Part shown: piece by piece, positions 40,093 through 49,673 of the stretch
How the letters are laid out: each line of letters opens with the position of its first letter
How positions within the stretch are numbered: the first letter of the stretch is position 1
Assembly: GCA_965248695.1 (NCBI GenBank)
Contig: CBDFKD010000002.1
Coordinates: 4,832,001-4,896,000, forward strand
Length of the DNA: 64,000 bases
From: Acidobacteriota bacterium
Lineage (GTDB): Bacteria > Acidobacteriota > UBA890 > WLXD01
Reading direction: 5' to 3'
Program-made: the position numbers and the translations under genes
The notes under the pieces: model-generated
What the model saw: the letters and a program-made list of their open reading frames with translations, nothing else
Database searches by the model: none
Told to the model about the DNA's origin: nothing

Positions 40093-40779
40093 GCCTCCAA
40101 CGTGGGTCCTGGCGATGGAATGCCGGTCTGGCGCTGACCGTTCTGATGCTGGCGCAGGGCAGTTTCGTCTTTGCCGCTCGACTGCGGGCCCCATCCGGCG
40201 AACGGCAACCAGCGGCCCGAGGCTCAACAGGGGCCTCCGGCCGACCTGCAGGAGGTCGCACAAGTCCACGACGACGCCACGGCTGATGTGGTCGCTGCGC
40301 CGCAGCCCGAAGTGTTGATCGATCCGAGCGATCTGCCGGTGATGAATGACGACATGACCGACGACGAGCAGCTGGCGCTGCAGCTCGTCGAGGAAATCCT
40401 GGCGGAACAGAAGATGCTCCTGAGCGGCCAGAACTTCGTCTACAACCCGCGCGGTCGGCGCGATCCGTTCCGTAGCCTCCTGCTGTTGCGCCAGCGCGAG
40501 CTTACCGCCCCGACGCAGCGGCCCCCTGGTTTGCCGGGATTCATGATCGGCGAGATCGAGATCTCCGCACTGGCGCGATTTCAGGGCCGCTGGCACGCGA
40601 TGCTGGTCGGACTCGACCGGCGATCGTATTTCGCCGAGGTCGGCACGCAGTTATACGACGGCCGGATCGTGGCGATCAGCGAGCGCGAAATGATCTTCGA
40701 GCAAGAAGTGGAGGATCTGCTGGGAGCGCGCAGCACCCGTCAGGTGGTCAAGCGACTGGTCAACGACGAGGAACAGTAG
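40089..40779 (+). CDS. pilP: PilP-like pilus assembly protein, apparently frameshifted after its signal peptide
   Basis: FVYNPRGRRDPFRS and VGTQLYDGRIVAI motifs are in the 40171 frame; the signal-peptide-like N-terminus (ATG 40089, overlapping the pilO stop) is in another frame. Confidence 0.7.
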
Positions 40780-40784
40780 GAGCC

Positions 40785-42257
40785 ATGCGCCGAAACGTTC
40801 CCCACGAAGAACGACGACCATGGCGCCAGCTGCGGCGCCTGGCCGTAGTCCTGTCGATCTCTCTCGGGTTCCTGCTGGTCCCGGTCGCCGACGCGCTGTC
40901 GCAGCTGGAGGTCATTGCCGAGCAGGCAGACCTCGCGTCGGCAGAGCAACGGATCGACGCCGGCCAGCTTCCCACCGAATCGGACATTCTCGAGCTCGGC
41001 ACGCTGCAGGGCGTGCCGATCAGCATCAACTTCGTCGATACAGACATCCGAGACGTGGCGCGGTTCTTCTCCAATCTCACCGGCCTCAACGTAGTCGTCG
41101 ATCCCGACGTGCAGGGCCCGGTTACGGTCAGCTTCTTCGATGTCGCCTGGGACACGGCGTTCAACGCCATCCTGCGCTCGCATCGTCTCGGCTTCAATGT
41201 CGAGGAGAACATCGTCCGCGTTTCGTCCCTTGGCCGGTTGGCCGACGAAGCCGAGGACCGCGCACGGCTCGCCAACCAGGCAGAGCTGGCATCCCCCCTC
41301 CAAGTGCACACCAAGCGCTTGTCCTATGCCACCGGCGCCAACCTCGTTCCCATCGTCGAGGCGCAGCTGTCGCAGCGCGGCGAGGTCATCGTGGACGTCC
41401 GTACTAATACCTTGATCATCAAGGACACGGCTGAATCGATCGCAGCCGTGCTCGACCTGGTGGGCACCCTCGACGTCGCGGCACCGCAGGTGCTGATCGA
41501 ATCCCGAATAGTAGAAACCACCAAGGAATTCGGTCGCGAGCTGGGGATCCAGTGGGGCTTCAGCGGCGTCGCCGACGCTCAGCACGGCAACACGACCGGG
41601 CTCGTGTTCCCCAACAATCTCGGGATTCAAGGGCTCAACAACCCGCTCACCGCTACCCAGCAGGTCGGAACGGGCGGAGTGCCCTTCGCGGTGAATCTGC
41701 CGGCGCAGAACGCCACCAGCGGTGTTGCGCTGACGATGGGGAACATCCTCGACACCTTCCGGCTCGACGTGGCGCTCTCGGCCATGGAAGAAGAGGGCCG
41801 CGGCAAGATCATCTCGTCACCGAAGGTCACCGCACAGGACAACATCCGCGCCTCGATCGAGAGCGGTCGCCGCATTCCAGTTCAGACGCTGATCGACAAC
41901 ACGGCATCGATCACCTTCATCAACGCCAACCTGCAGCTGGAAGTCACGCCGCAGATCACCTCCGAGCAGACCATCATGCTCGACATCGTGGTGGACAAGA
42001 GCGAGCCGGACTTCGGGAACGCGGTTCTCGGGATTCCGACGATCTTCACGCGTCGCGCCGAGACCAAGCTGCTGGTGCGCGACGGCGGTACCACGGTCAT
42101 TGGCGGCATCTTCCAGATGACGTCGACAGAGCAGGAGGCCCGAGTGCCGTTCTTCCATCGGATCCCGCTGCTGGGGTCGCTGTTCAAGAGTCGCAAGACC
42201 GAACAAACCAACAATGAGCTACTGATCTTCATCACGCCCCGGATCCTGGAGCAGTGA
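40785..42257 (+). CDS. pilQ: Type IV pilus secretin PilQ (short form)
   Basis: ISINFVDTDIRDV, VDVRTNTLII, PQVLIESRIVE, LEVTPQIT, GGTTVIGGIF, IPLLGSLFK, ELLIFITPRI. Confidence 0.95.
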   Translation: MRRNVPHEERRPWRQLRRLAVVLSISLGFLLVPVADALSQLEVIAEQADLASAEQRIDAGQLPTESDILELGTLQGVPISINFVDTDIRDVARFFSNLTGLNVVVDPDVQGPVTVSFFDVAWDTAFNAILRSHRLGFNVEENIVRVSSLGRLADEAEDRARLANQAELASPLQVHTKRLSYATGANLVPIVEAQLSQRGEVIVDVRTNTLIIKDTAESIAAVLDLVGTLDVAAPQVLIESRIVETTKEFGRELGIQWGFSGVADAQHGNTTGLVFPNNLGIQGLNNPLTATQQVGTGGVPFAVNLPAQNATSGVALTMGNILDTFRLDVALSAMEEEGRGKIISSPKVTAQDNIRASIESGRRIPVQTLIDNTASITFINANLQLEVTPQITSEQTIMLDIVVDKSEPDFGNAVLGIPTIFTRRAETKLLVRDGGTTVIGGIFQMTSTEQEARVPFFHRIPLLGSLFKSRKTEQTNNELLIFITPRILEQ

Positions 42258-42859
42258 CGATGACTCGACAGAGCAGGCGACGGGCGTTCGCCGCCAGCGT
42301 GCTGTGCGGCCTGGTGATGACCCTTTCTGCGTGCGGCACCACCGGTGGCCTGCAGAACACGTCGGCACCGGTCACCTTGATCGTCTCGTCCCTGCTCGCC
42401 AGCAACACGCCGTTCGGCGACATCCTTAGCACCGACGGCACCCTCCCCGTCGACTCGGTCAGCGTCTCCTTGATCGCCCGCATGAAGAACCCGACGGATG
42501 CCACCCAGCCCGCGCTTCAGGACATCCTTCTGGAGCGCTATGAGGTGACCTTCAGTCGCACCGATGGCGGAGCGGCAACGCCGCCGGGGTTCCAGCGGGC
42601 CATGGCGGCCAAGGTCCGCGTGACGCCGCACGGTTCGCCGACGGAGACGATCACCGCCGTCTCGCTGGTGCTCGTACCGTCGACCCACAAGAGCCAGCCG
42701 CCACTGTCCCATCTGATCCTACCGGGATTCGAGCCCGACACCGGCTTCGTAAATATTCAGGCAACCGCCACGGTCCGATTCTTCGGCAAGACCATCGCCG
42801 GCGACGCCGTACAGGCGGAAGCGGCGATTGGTCTCAACTTCGCCGATTTTGCTGACTGA
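42254..42859 (+). CDS. Hypothetical lipoprotein
   Basis: RRR basic N-region, hydrophobic stretch, LSA-C lipobox; overlaps the pilQ stop. Confidence 0.75.
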   Translation: MTMTRQSRRRAFAASVLCGLVMTLSACGTTGGLQNTSAPVTLIVSSLLASNTPFGDILSTDGTLPVDSVSVSLIARMKNPTDATQPALQDILLERYEVTFSRTDGGAATPPGFQRAMAAKVRVTPHGSPTETITAVSLVLVPSTHKSQPPLSHLILPGFEPDTGFVNIQATATVRFFGKTIAGDAVQAEAAIGLNFADFAD

Positions 42860-42876
42860 GGAGCTTTGACGACGCC

Positions 42877-44598
42877 ATGAGACGCGCATTCCTGCTCGGT
42901 CGATCACGACCCGTCGTAGTGCTGTCGATCGGTCTCATGGCTCTCGCCGCGTTTTCGTTGGCGTGCAAGACCAACGCCCCGACGGCTCCAACGGCTCCGG
43001 GAGATCTCACCGGTAATACGAACAACACCGCAGGGACGTTCTCCGGCGTGATCACCATCGCCGGCGGCGGCGTCGGCTCCGCCGATGGCCTGAGTGATCT
43101 CGTCATCAATGTGCGCGTGCGCGACGCTAGCGGCAACCCAGTGAACAACGGCACCCCGGTCAACGTCGCTGTCGACATCGGCACCATCCGGGTGTTCGGG
43201 GCGGATCCGGCCACCGCGGCCAGCTCCGTCCGGGCAGCGACGTTCGAGGGCAACGTATCGTTCGCCGTGCGCAGCACGGTTACCGGTTCCGGAACGGTTA
43301 CCGCTTGGATCGCCGATGTCACCTCCGTTCTGGGCGTCACTTTCGACCGTGTGCCCCTGGAGGCGATCGTCGACCTGATCTTCCGTGGAGGCGGTGGCGA
43401 CTCGACCAGCGTCCGCGGCGTAGCACCCACCGATTTCACCCTCGTCGGGAAGGCAAAGGATACTGCCGGCCTCGCGCTTGCCGGTATCGAGGTCGTCTTC
43501 CGCATCATCGAAGACCTGACCGTAGGCGCCGGGCACGGAGCCGCCTTCTTCGGCAGCCCGAATCAGACCTCCACCGACTCTGCCGGCGAAGCCTTCGCCA
43601 GCTTGTTCGTACAGGGTGAGGGGTCCGTCACACTCACGGCCGATGTTCTCGACCCGGTCAGTGGCCGCGTTCTCTTCACGTCGAATCAGGTGACGGCGAT
43701 CGCTACCGCCTCGCAGGAAAATACCGCCCTCACGCTGAGATTCGACGACGGTACGACGTCCAACTCCGCCGCCCCGGATGCCGGCAGCGGAATGACGGTT
43801 ACAGTAACCGATCGGGACTCGGGGTCCGTTCTCAGCGGTCGCCTGGTTCGCTGGGCAATCGTCGAGGACAGCACCATTGCCCGCAGTCTGAGGGCGAACT
43901 TCTCGGACACGACGCCGGGTCGCACGAATACCCTCGGCCAGGCGTTCAACACGCTCTTTGGGCACGAGCCCGACGCGATCATCGTGGTCGAGGCGCAGCT
44001 GCTCGACGACAGCAGCTTCGCCGTGCAAGCGGTCTCGAACCAGATCACGATGCAGATTACCGGCGGGGACCCGTTCGCTAGCTTCGTCTTCTCGCCCGAT
44101 GATCCGATCATCGGCGATGTGGTGACCTTCGATGCGGCCTCGTCCCTGGACCCGGGCGGTTCGATCGTCGAGTACCGTTGGGACTGGGGCGACGGTACGA
44201 GCATCGAGCTCGAGTCCGACTCAACCGCTGAGCACATCTTCACGGTGGCGGGAACCTACACCGTGACGCTGACGATCAGGGACAACCTGGGCGCCATCTC
44301 GGTAGCGACCGACACGGTGACCGTCACCGGTACGGCCCCGGCAGCCAGCTTCGTCTTCTCTCCGAGTAGTCCGACGGCGGGCGCGTCGGTGACCTTCGAC
44401 GCGTCCTCGTCGGTCGATCCGGGCGGTGTGATCGTAGAGTATCGGTGGGACTGGGGCGATGGCACGAGTCCCACCCTCGACAATGATCCGATCAGCGACC
44501 ACGCCTTCGCAGTTGCGGGCAGCTACACGGTGACGCTCAAGATCACCGACAACGTCGGTGCGACCTCGACGACGACACTGACGGTGACCGTCAGCTGA
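42877..44598 (+). CDS. Lipoprotein with Ig-like (Big-1-like) repeats and two C-terminal PKD domains
   Basis: SLA-C lipobox; VRDASGNPVNNGTPV Ig-like motif; two repeats ASFVFSP..VTFDA.SS.DPGG.IVEYRWDWGDGT..H.F..AG.YTVTL.I.DN.GA. Confidence 0.85.
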   Translation: MRRAFLLGRSRPVVVLSIGLMALAAFSLACKTNAPTAPTAPGDLTGNTNNTAGTFSGVITIAGGGVGSADGLSDLVINVRVRDASGNPVNNGTPVNVAVDIGTIRVFGADPATAASSVRAATFEGNVSFAVRSTVTGSGTVTAWIADVTSVLGVTFDRVPLEAIVDLIFRGGGGDSTSVRGVAPTDFTLVGKAKDTAGLALAGIEVVFRIIEDLTVGAGHGAAFFGSPNQTSTDSAGEAFASLFVQGEGSVTLTADVLDPVSGRVLFTSNQVTAIATASQENTALTLRFDDGTTSNSAAPDAGSGMTVTVTDRDSGSVLSGRLVRWAIVEDSTIARSLRANFSDTTPGRTNTLGQAFNTLFGHEPDAIIVVEAQLLDDSSFAVQAVSNQITMQITGGDPFASFVFSPDDPIIGDVVTFDAASSLDPGGSIVEYRWDWGDGTSIELESDSTAEHIFTVAGTYTVTLTIRDNLGAISVATDTVTVTGTAPAASFVFSPSSPTAGASVTFDASSSVDPGGVIVEYRWDWGDGTSPTLDNDPISDHAFAVAGSYTVTLKITDNVGATSTTTLTVTVS

Positions 44599-44609
44599 CG
44601 CGTACGGAC

Positions 44610-45686
44610 ATGTCGGCTGCGCGCCACCGGCGTCTCCTCGCCCGGCTGGAAGCCGAGGAATTCGCCGCGTTCCTGTGTACCGACCGCGCCAACGTGCGCT
44701 ATCTCACCGGCTTCAGCGGCTCCAACGGATGGCTGTTCGTGGCACCGTCCGCAACGACGCTGCTGACCGACGCCCGTTACCGTGACCAGGCGAACGACGA
44801 GACCGACGAGTGCGATGTTGTCATCGCGACGACTGGTCTCAGCGCTGCCCTGACCGAGCCTCTCAGGAGCGTCAGCGGGCCGGTCGCGTTCGAGTCGACG
44901 GACGTCACGGTGGCGGTGTGGGAGGAGCTCCGCCGTACCCACGAGCACGTCGAATGGAAGAGCTCTGACAATCTGGTGGAGCAGCTTCGGGCACGCAAGG
45001 AGGAGGCGGAGGTGCAAGCCATCCGCAAGGCGCTGGAAATCGCCGAAGCGGCTCTCGAGTCCACCGTGGCGGGCTTGCGTGTAGGAACTTCCGAGATCGG
45101 GCTGGCCGCCGCCCTGGAGCATGCCTGCCGGTCGGGCGGAGCCGAGCGCATGGCCTTCGACACGATCGTCGCTGCCGGTTCTCGTGGCGCACTGCCTCAC
45201 GCTCGCCCCTCCGAGCGGACGCTTCAGGTTGGCGAGCTCTTGGTCGTTGACATGGGCTGCGTGGTAGCGGGCTACGCCAGCGATATCACCCGGGCGGTAT
45301 TTCTGGGCAACCGACTCCCTCCGCCCTGGGACGGCGTACACGAAAGTCTGGAGGCAGCGCGCGCAGCGGCGCTTGCGGCCATGCGATCTGGAGTGCCTGC
45401 TCGGCAGGCGGACGCTGCCGCACGCGAGGCACTCACGGCCCGCGACCTGGGCGACGCGTTCGTCCATTCGCTGGGCCACGGAGTCGGGCTGCATGTGCAC
45501 GAGGCGCCGCGTCTGGCACAGCGGAGCGACGAGACGCTGGCGGCCGGGAACGTGGTAACGGTCGAGCCGGGCGTGTACCTGCCGGGCGAGGGTGGCATGC
45601 GGCTCGAGGACATGGTCCTGGTTACCGAGACCGGCGTAGAAGTCCTGAATCGACTCCCCGCCGCGCCGCTATTCGCGCCGCTGTAG
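44610..45686 (+). CDS. Xaa-Pro aminopeptidase (M24B)
   Basis: YLTGFSGS, TDARY, GALPHA, DMG..YASDITR, HSLGHGVGL.VHE, TVEPG, RLED. Confidence 0.93.
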   Translation: MSAARHRRLLARLEAEEFAAFLCTDRANVRYLTGFSGSNGWLFVAPSATTLLTDARYRDQANDETDECDVVIATTGLSAALTEPLRSVSGPVAFESTDVTVAVWEELRRTHEHVEWKSSDNLVEQLRARKEEAEVQAIRKALEIAEAALESTVAGLRVGTSEIGLAAALEHACRSGGAERMAFDTIVAAGSRGALPHARPSERTLQVGELLVVDMGCVVAGYASDITRAVFLGNRLPPPWDGVHESLEAARAAALAAMRSGVPARQADAAAREALTARDLGDAFVHSLGHGVGLHVHEAPRLAQRSDETLAAGNVVTVEPGVYLPGEGGMRLEDMVLVTETGVEVLNRLPAAPLFAPL

Positions 45687-45758
45687 TGGCGGCGTCCGCG
45701 TGTGAACGGGCACCGCACCGGTGGTACCCTGGGGTCCGCTTTTTACCGGAGATAGCCA

Positions 45759-46217
45759 TTGGACACGGATCGGATACAGGAGCTCGTTGACCTGATGGTC
45801 AAGAATGACCTGGCCGAGCTCCAGATCGAGCAGCATGGGGTCAACTTGCGCATCCGACGCCCGGAACCGCACGTCGTCGCGGCTGCCCCGATGGCAACGG
45901 GGGCGGTCATGCTGGCACCCGCAGCAGACGCGACCGACGCTGCCGGTGGCGTCGACGCGGCTCCGGAACACGGCGGCGCACACGTGATTCGGTCACCGAT
46001 GGTTGGGACTCTCTACCTGGCACCGGAGCCGGGGGCCGATTCGTTCGTGCAGGTCGGCGACACTGTCGAAGAAGGGCAGACGCTGTGCATCGTCGAAGCA
46101 ATGAAGCTGATGAACGAGATCACCGCCGATGTTGGCGGGGAGATCGTTGCCGTGTTGCACGAGAACGGGCAGCCGGTCGAGTACGGTCAGGAGATCTTCG
46201 CCGTCCGGCCAGACTGA
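45759..46217 (+). CDS. accB: Acetyl-CoA carboxylase biotin carboxyl carrier protein
   Basis: [17 protein letters not shown] biotinyl-lysine motif, VEYGQ. Confidence 0.96.
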   Translation: MDTDRIQELVDLMVKNDLAELQIEQHGVNLRIRRPEPHVVAAAPMATGAVMLAPAADATDAAGGVDAAPEHGGAHVIRSPMVGTLYLAPEPGADSFVQVGDTVEEGQTLCIVEAMKLMNEITADVGGEIVAVLHENGQPVEYGQEIFAVRPD

Positions 46218-46256
46218 TCCAGCCCTGCCCATCTGCGGCGCCGTGGGAATGCTTCG

Positions 46257-47612
46257 ATGATCAGATCCGTCTTGATTGCCAACCGTGGCGAGATCGCGCT
46301 GCGGATTATCTGGGCCTGTCGCGAGCTCGGTATCAGCCCGGCGGCGGTGTATTCGGAGGCCGATCGGGACTCGTTGCACGTGAAGTTCGCCGATGAGGAC
46401 ATCTGTATCGGCCCGGGTCCGGCGTCGGAGTCGTATCTGAACGTCGCCTCGGTGATTGCCGCGGCGGAGGCTCTCCATGTCGATGCCATCCACCCGGGCT
46501 ACGGATTCCTGTCGGAAAACGCGCACTTCGCCGAGGTGTGTGAGACGTGTGGGTTCAAGTTCGTCGGGCCGCGGCCGGAGCACATTCGCCGTATGGGCGA
46601 CAAGGCAGAGGCCAAGCGGCTGATGCTCGAGGCGGGCCTGCCCATGCTGCCCGGCAGCGATGGTCCGGTGGCGGGGCGCGAAGCGGCCCGTGAAATTGCC
46701 GAGGCCATCGGCTATCCGGTGCTTTTCAAGGCGGCCGCGGGCGGTGGAGGTCGCGGCATGCGCATCGTGCTGCGGGCCGAGGACCTGGGGCACGCCTTCC
46801 AGGCGGCTTCGCGGGAGGCCGAGGCGGCGTTTGGCAACGGTGAAATGTACATGGAGAAGTACCTGGCGCGGCCGCGCCACGTGGAGGTCCAGCTGCTGGG
46901 GGACACCCACGGGAACCTCGTGCACCTCGGTGAGCGAGAGTGCAGCGTGCAGCGGAAGTACCAGAAGATCGTGGAGGAGACGCCCACGGCGGCGTTGAGC
47001 CCGGAGCAGCGCGAGACGATCCTCGCCGACGCAATGCGCGGGGCGGCGGCGCTCCAGTACGTGTCTGCCGGGACCATGGAGTTCCTCGTCGACGGCGACG
47101 GCAATCACTACTTCATGGAGATGAATACCCGCATCCAGGTCGAGCATCCGATCACCGAGGCGGTGACGCTCGTGGATTTGGTCAAGGAGCAGATCCGTAT
47201 CGCCGCCGGTCTGCCGATGCAGTACACCCAGGACGACATCGAGTTCCGGGGGCACAGCATGGAATGTCGCATCAACGCCGAGGACCCGGAGACGCTGACA
47301 CCGAGCCCCGGTCAGATCACTGCGTTCAACGTCCCCAAGGGGCCCGGCGTACGCGTTGATACAGCGGCACACGAGGACTACTACGTCTCGCCGTTCTACG
47401 ACTCGATGCTCGCCAAGGTGATCGTCCACGGGCGCGATCGGAGCGAGGCACTGGCACGCATGCGCCGCTGCCTGGAGCTCATGATCGTCGAGGGGATCAA
47501 GACCAACATCCCGCTGTTGCGTCGGGTGCTGGACCATCCTGGATTCATCGCCGGTGACTACGACACCCATCTCATCGACGAGATTCTGCCCGGGGCCGGG
47601 CCGCAGACCTGA
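46257..47612 (+). CDS. accC: Biotin carboxylase
   Basis: [50 protein letters not shown]. Confidence 0.97.
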   Translation: MIRSVLIANRGEIALRIIWACRELGISPAAVYSEADRDSLHVKFADEDICIGPGPASESYLNVASVIAAAEALHVDAIHPGYGFLSENAHFAEVCETCGFKFVGPRPEHIRRMGDKAEAKRLMLEAGLPMLPGSDGPVAGREAAREIAEAIGYPVLFKAAAGGGGRGMRIVLRAEDLGHAFQAASREAEAAFGNGEMYMEKYLARPRHVEVQLLGDTHGNLVHLGERECSVQRKYQKIVEETPTAALSPEQRETILADAMRGAAALQYVSAGTMEFLVDGDGNHYFMEMNTRIQVEHPITEAVTLVDLVKEQIRIAAGLPMQYTQDDIEFRGHSMECRINAEDPETLTPSPGQITAFNVPKGPGVRVDTAAHEDYYVSPFYDSMLAKVIVHGRDRSEALARMRRCLELMIVEGIKTNIPLLRRVLDHPGFIAGDYDTHLIDEILPGAGPQT

Positions 47613-47618
47613 ACGGCG

Positions 47619-48329
47619 ATGCCGCTGCCCTGGAATCCGCCGCGTGTTCCGCCGGTGCTGCCGATCTTCGATCCTGCCATCGCGCGCTGGCCGCTGTCTC
47701 CGACCCTGGAGGCCCTCGCCGAGGCCGGCGCTGAGTGGGTGCAGTACCGCGACAAGCGCGCTTCCGAGGCGGAGTTCTTCGCCGCTTCCCAGGAGGCGGA
47801 ACGACTGTGTCACTCGCTCGGCATGTACCTGATCCTCAACGACCGCGTCGTGGTCGCGGCAGCGCTCATGGGCGTCGGCGCGCATGTCGGGCAGTCCGAC
47901 ATGACGGTCGAAAAGGCTCGCCGGCTCTTGCCCGACGAGTGTCTTGGTCTGTCGACCGATTCCGACGATGAGTTGCGGGCAGGCAACCGGTCAGCGGCCG
48001 ACTATCTGGCGGTCGGCCCGATCTTCGCCACTGGCAGCAAGACGGACGCCGGGGAGGCCGTCGGTCTGCCGTACCTACGCTCCGCGCGTCGACTGACCGA
48101 TCGACCGCTGCTGGCGATCGGTGGAATCGATGCGGCGAACGCCGAAGAGGCCGTTGCTGCCGGCGCCGACTGCGTCGCGGTACTGTCGGCGGCGGTCGCG
48201 GTAGAGGACCCGGTGACCGCGCTGCGCGCCATCCTGTCGGGCGCTGCCCGGGGTCTGCGCGATCGCCTCGACGCCACCGACGGCGGACGTGCAGCGGGCA
48301 CCGTTGGCTCCGGACCGTCGGCCGACTAA
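47619..48329 (+). CDS. thiE: Thiamine-phosphate synthase
   Basis: VQYRDK, ILNDR, AHVGQSD, GLST, DYLAVGPIFATGSK, AIGGI. Confidence 0.92.
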   Translation: MPLPWNPPRVPPVLPIFDPAIARWPLSPTLEALAEAGAEWVQYRDKRASEAEFFAASQEAERLCHSLGMYLILNDRVVVAAALMGVGAHVGQSDMTVEKARRLLPDECLGLSTDSDDELRAGNRSAADYLAVGPIFATGSKTDAGEAVGLPYLRSARRLTDRPLLAIGGIDAANAEEAVAAGADCVAVLSAAVAVEDPVTALRAILSGAARGLRDRLDATDGGRAAGTVGSGPSAD

Positions 48330-49486
48330 CCCTCGAGCGGTCGTAGAATCGAGCGCGCGATGATGTGGCGCTGGATCTCGCTGGTGCCGTCCCAGATGCG
48401 GTCCAGGCGCGCGTCGCGCCAGAAGCGCTCGATCGGCATCTCCTTCATGACGCCCATGCCGCCGTAGATCTGCACCGCGTGGTCGGTGACCATGGCCAGC
48501 ATCTCGCTGGCGTAGAGCTTGGACATCGCTGCGTCCTGCGAGGTCATGGTGCCCTGGGTGCACTTCCAGGCCGCCTTGAGCGTCAGTAGGTCGGCGGCCT
48601 CGATCTGGGCCGCCATGTCGGCGATCTTGAAGCCCGTTCCCTGGAACTGACCGATGGGCTTGCCGAACTGCGTCCGCGTTGCAGCCCACTCGGACGCCAT
48701 CTCGAACACTCGCTTCGCTCTGCCGACGCATAGGGCGCCCATCGATAGCCGCGCCGGCTCCAGCCATACGCCCGCGAGCTTGAACCCCTCGCCGGGCGCA
48801 CCCAGCATTTGGCTTCCCGGGACCCGGCAGTCATCGAAGAACAGCTCCGCATGATCGTAGCCGCGGTGCGAGACACAACTGCCGCCATAGCCCCAGGTGA
48901 ATCCGGACGTCCCCTTGTCGACCAGAAACGTGGAGATCTCGTTGCGCGGCCCGCGGGGCGTCTCGTCTACCCCGGTAACCGCGAACAGGATCACGTAGTC
49001 AGCGCGCATCCCGAAGCTGATATAGATCTTCGAGCCATTGATGACGTAGTCGTCGCCGTCCTTGGTCGCGGTAGTCTGCATGCCGCGAAGATCCGACCCG
49101 GCGGCCGGCTCGGTCATCGCCAGGCAATCGAGACGCTCACCGCGCACGGTGGGTTTCAGGTAGGTCTCGATCTGCTCGTCGGTGCCCGCCTGCAAGATGT
49201 TGCTTGGTCGATGGACGATGTACTGCAGCGCATAGGAGGCCCACCCGAGCTCGCGCTCCAGCAGCGTAAAGGACAGTGGGTCGAGCCCGCCACCGCCGTG
49301 TTTCTCGGGAATGTCGGCGGCGTACAGCCCCTGCTCGATCGCCCGCTGCTTGATCTGGTCATACAGCTCGTCAGGTACCGCATCTTGCTCTTCGACGAGG
49401 TCCTCGTGCGGCAGCAATTCGCGCTGCACGAACTCACGTGTTGCCTCGATGATCAGCTCTTGTTCGTCAGTCAGTGTGAAGTCCAT
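48326..49486 (-). CDS. Acyl-CoA dehydrogenase
   Basis: AMTEPAAGSD, INGSKIYIS, RTQFGKPIGQFQ, AVQIYGGMG, RDARLDRIWDGTSEIQR. Confidence 0.94.
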   Translation of the reverse strand: MDFTLTDEQELIIEATREFVQRELLPHEDLVEEQDAVPDELYDQIKQRAIEQGLYAADIPEKHGGGGLDPLSFTLLERELGWASYALQYIVHRPSNILQAGTDEQIETYLKPTVRGERLDCLAMTEPAAGSDLRGMQTTATKDGDDYVINGSKIYISFGMRADYVILFAVTGVDETPRGPRNEISTFLVDKGTSGFTWGYGGSCVSHRGYDHAELFFDDCRVPGSQMLGAPGEGFKLAGVWLEPARLSMGALCVGRAKRVFEMASEWAATRTQFGKPIGQFQGTGFKIADMAAQIEAADLLTLKAAWKCTQGTMTSQDAAMSKLYASEMLAMVTDHAVQIYGGMGVMKEMPIERFWRDARLDRIWDGTSEIQRHIIARSILRPLEG

Positions 49487-49659
49487 GTGGCCTCTTTCGC
49501 GTCGAACCGTCCCTTGCCCGGGCTGCTAGCGGCAGGATAGCCGATGGACCGGCGGGGGAGGTGCCGAACCGGCGGTGGCCGTTCGTGATCCGGACCTCGC
49601 GACTCGCGCGGCCGCAATCGATCGGTGCCTCGCAGCGATTGATGTCGACTGGCTCTGTA

Positions 49660-49665
49660 TATAAT
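49660..49665 (+). promoter_or_regulatory. Consensus -10 hexamer directly before the NSS transporter (possible leaderless transcript)
   Basis: TATAAT ends 8 nt before ATG 49674; no Shine-Dalgarno between them. Confidence 0.45.
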
Positions 49666-49673
49666 CGCTCGCC

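Noticed and set aside
44071-44595. Tandem ~250-bp DNA similarity as a repeat or mobile element
   Set aside because: Explained by the two in-frame PKD domains of the lipoprotein.
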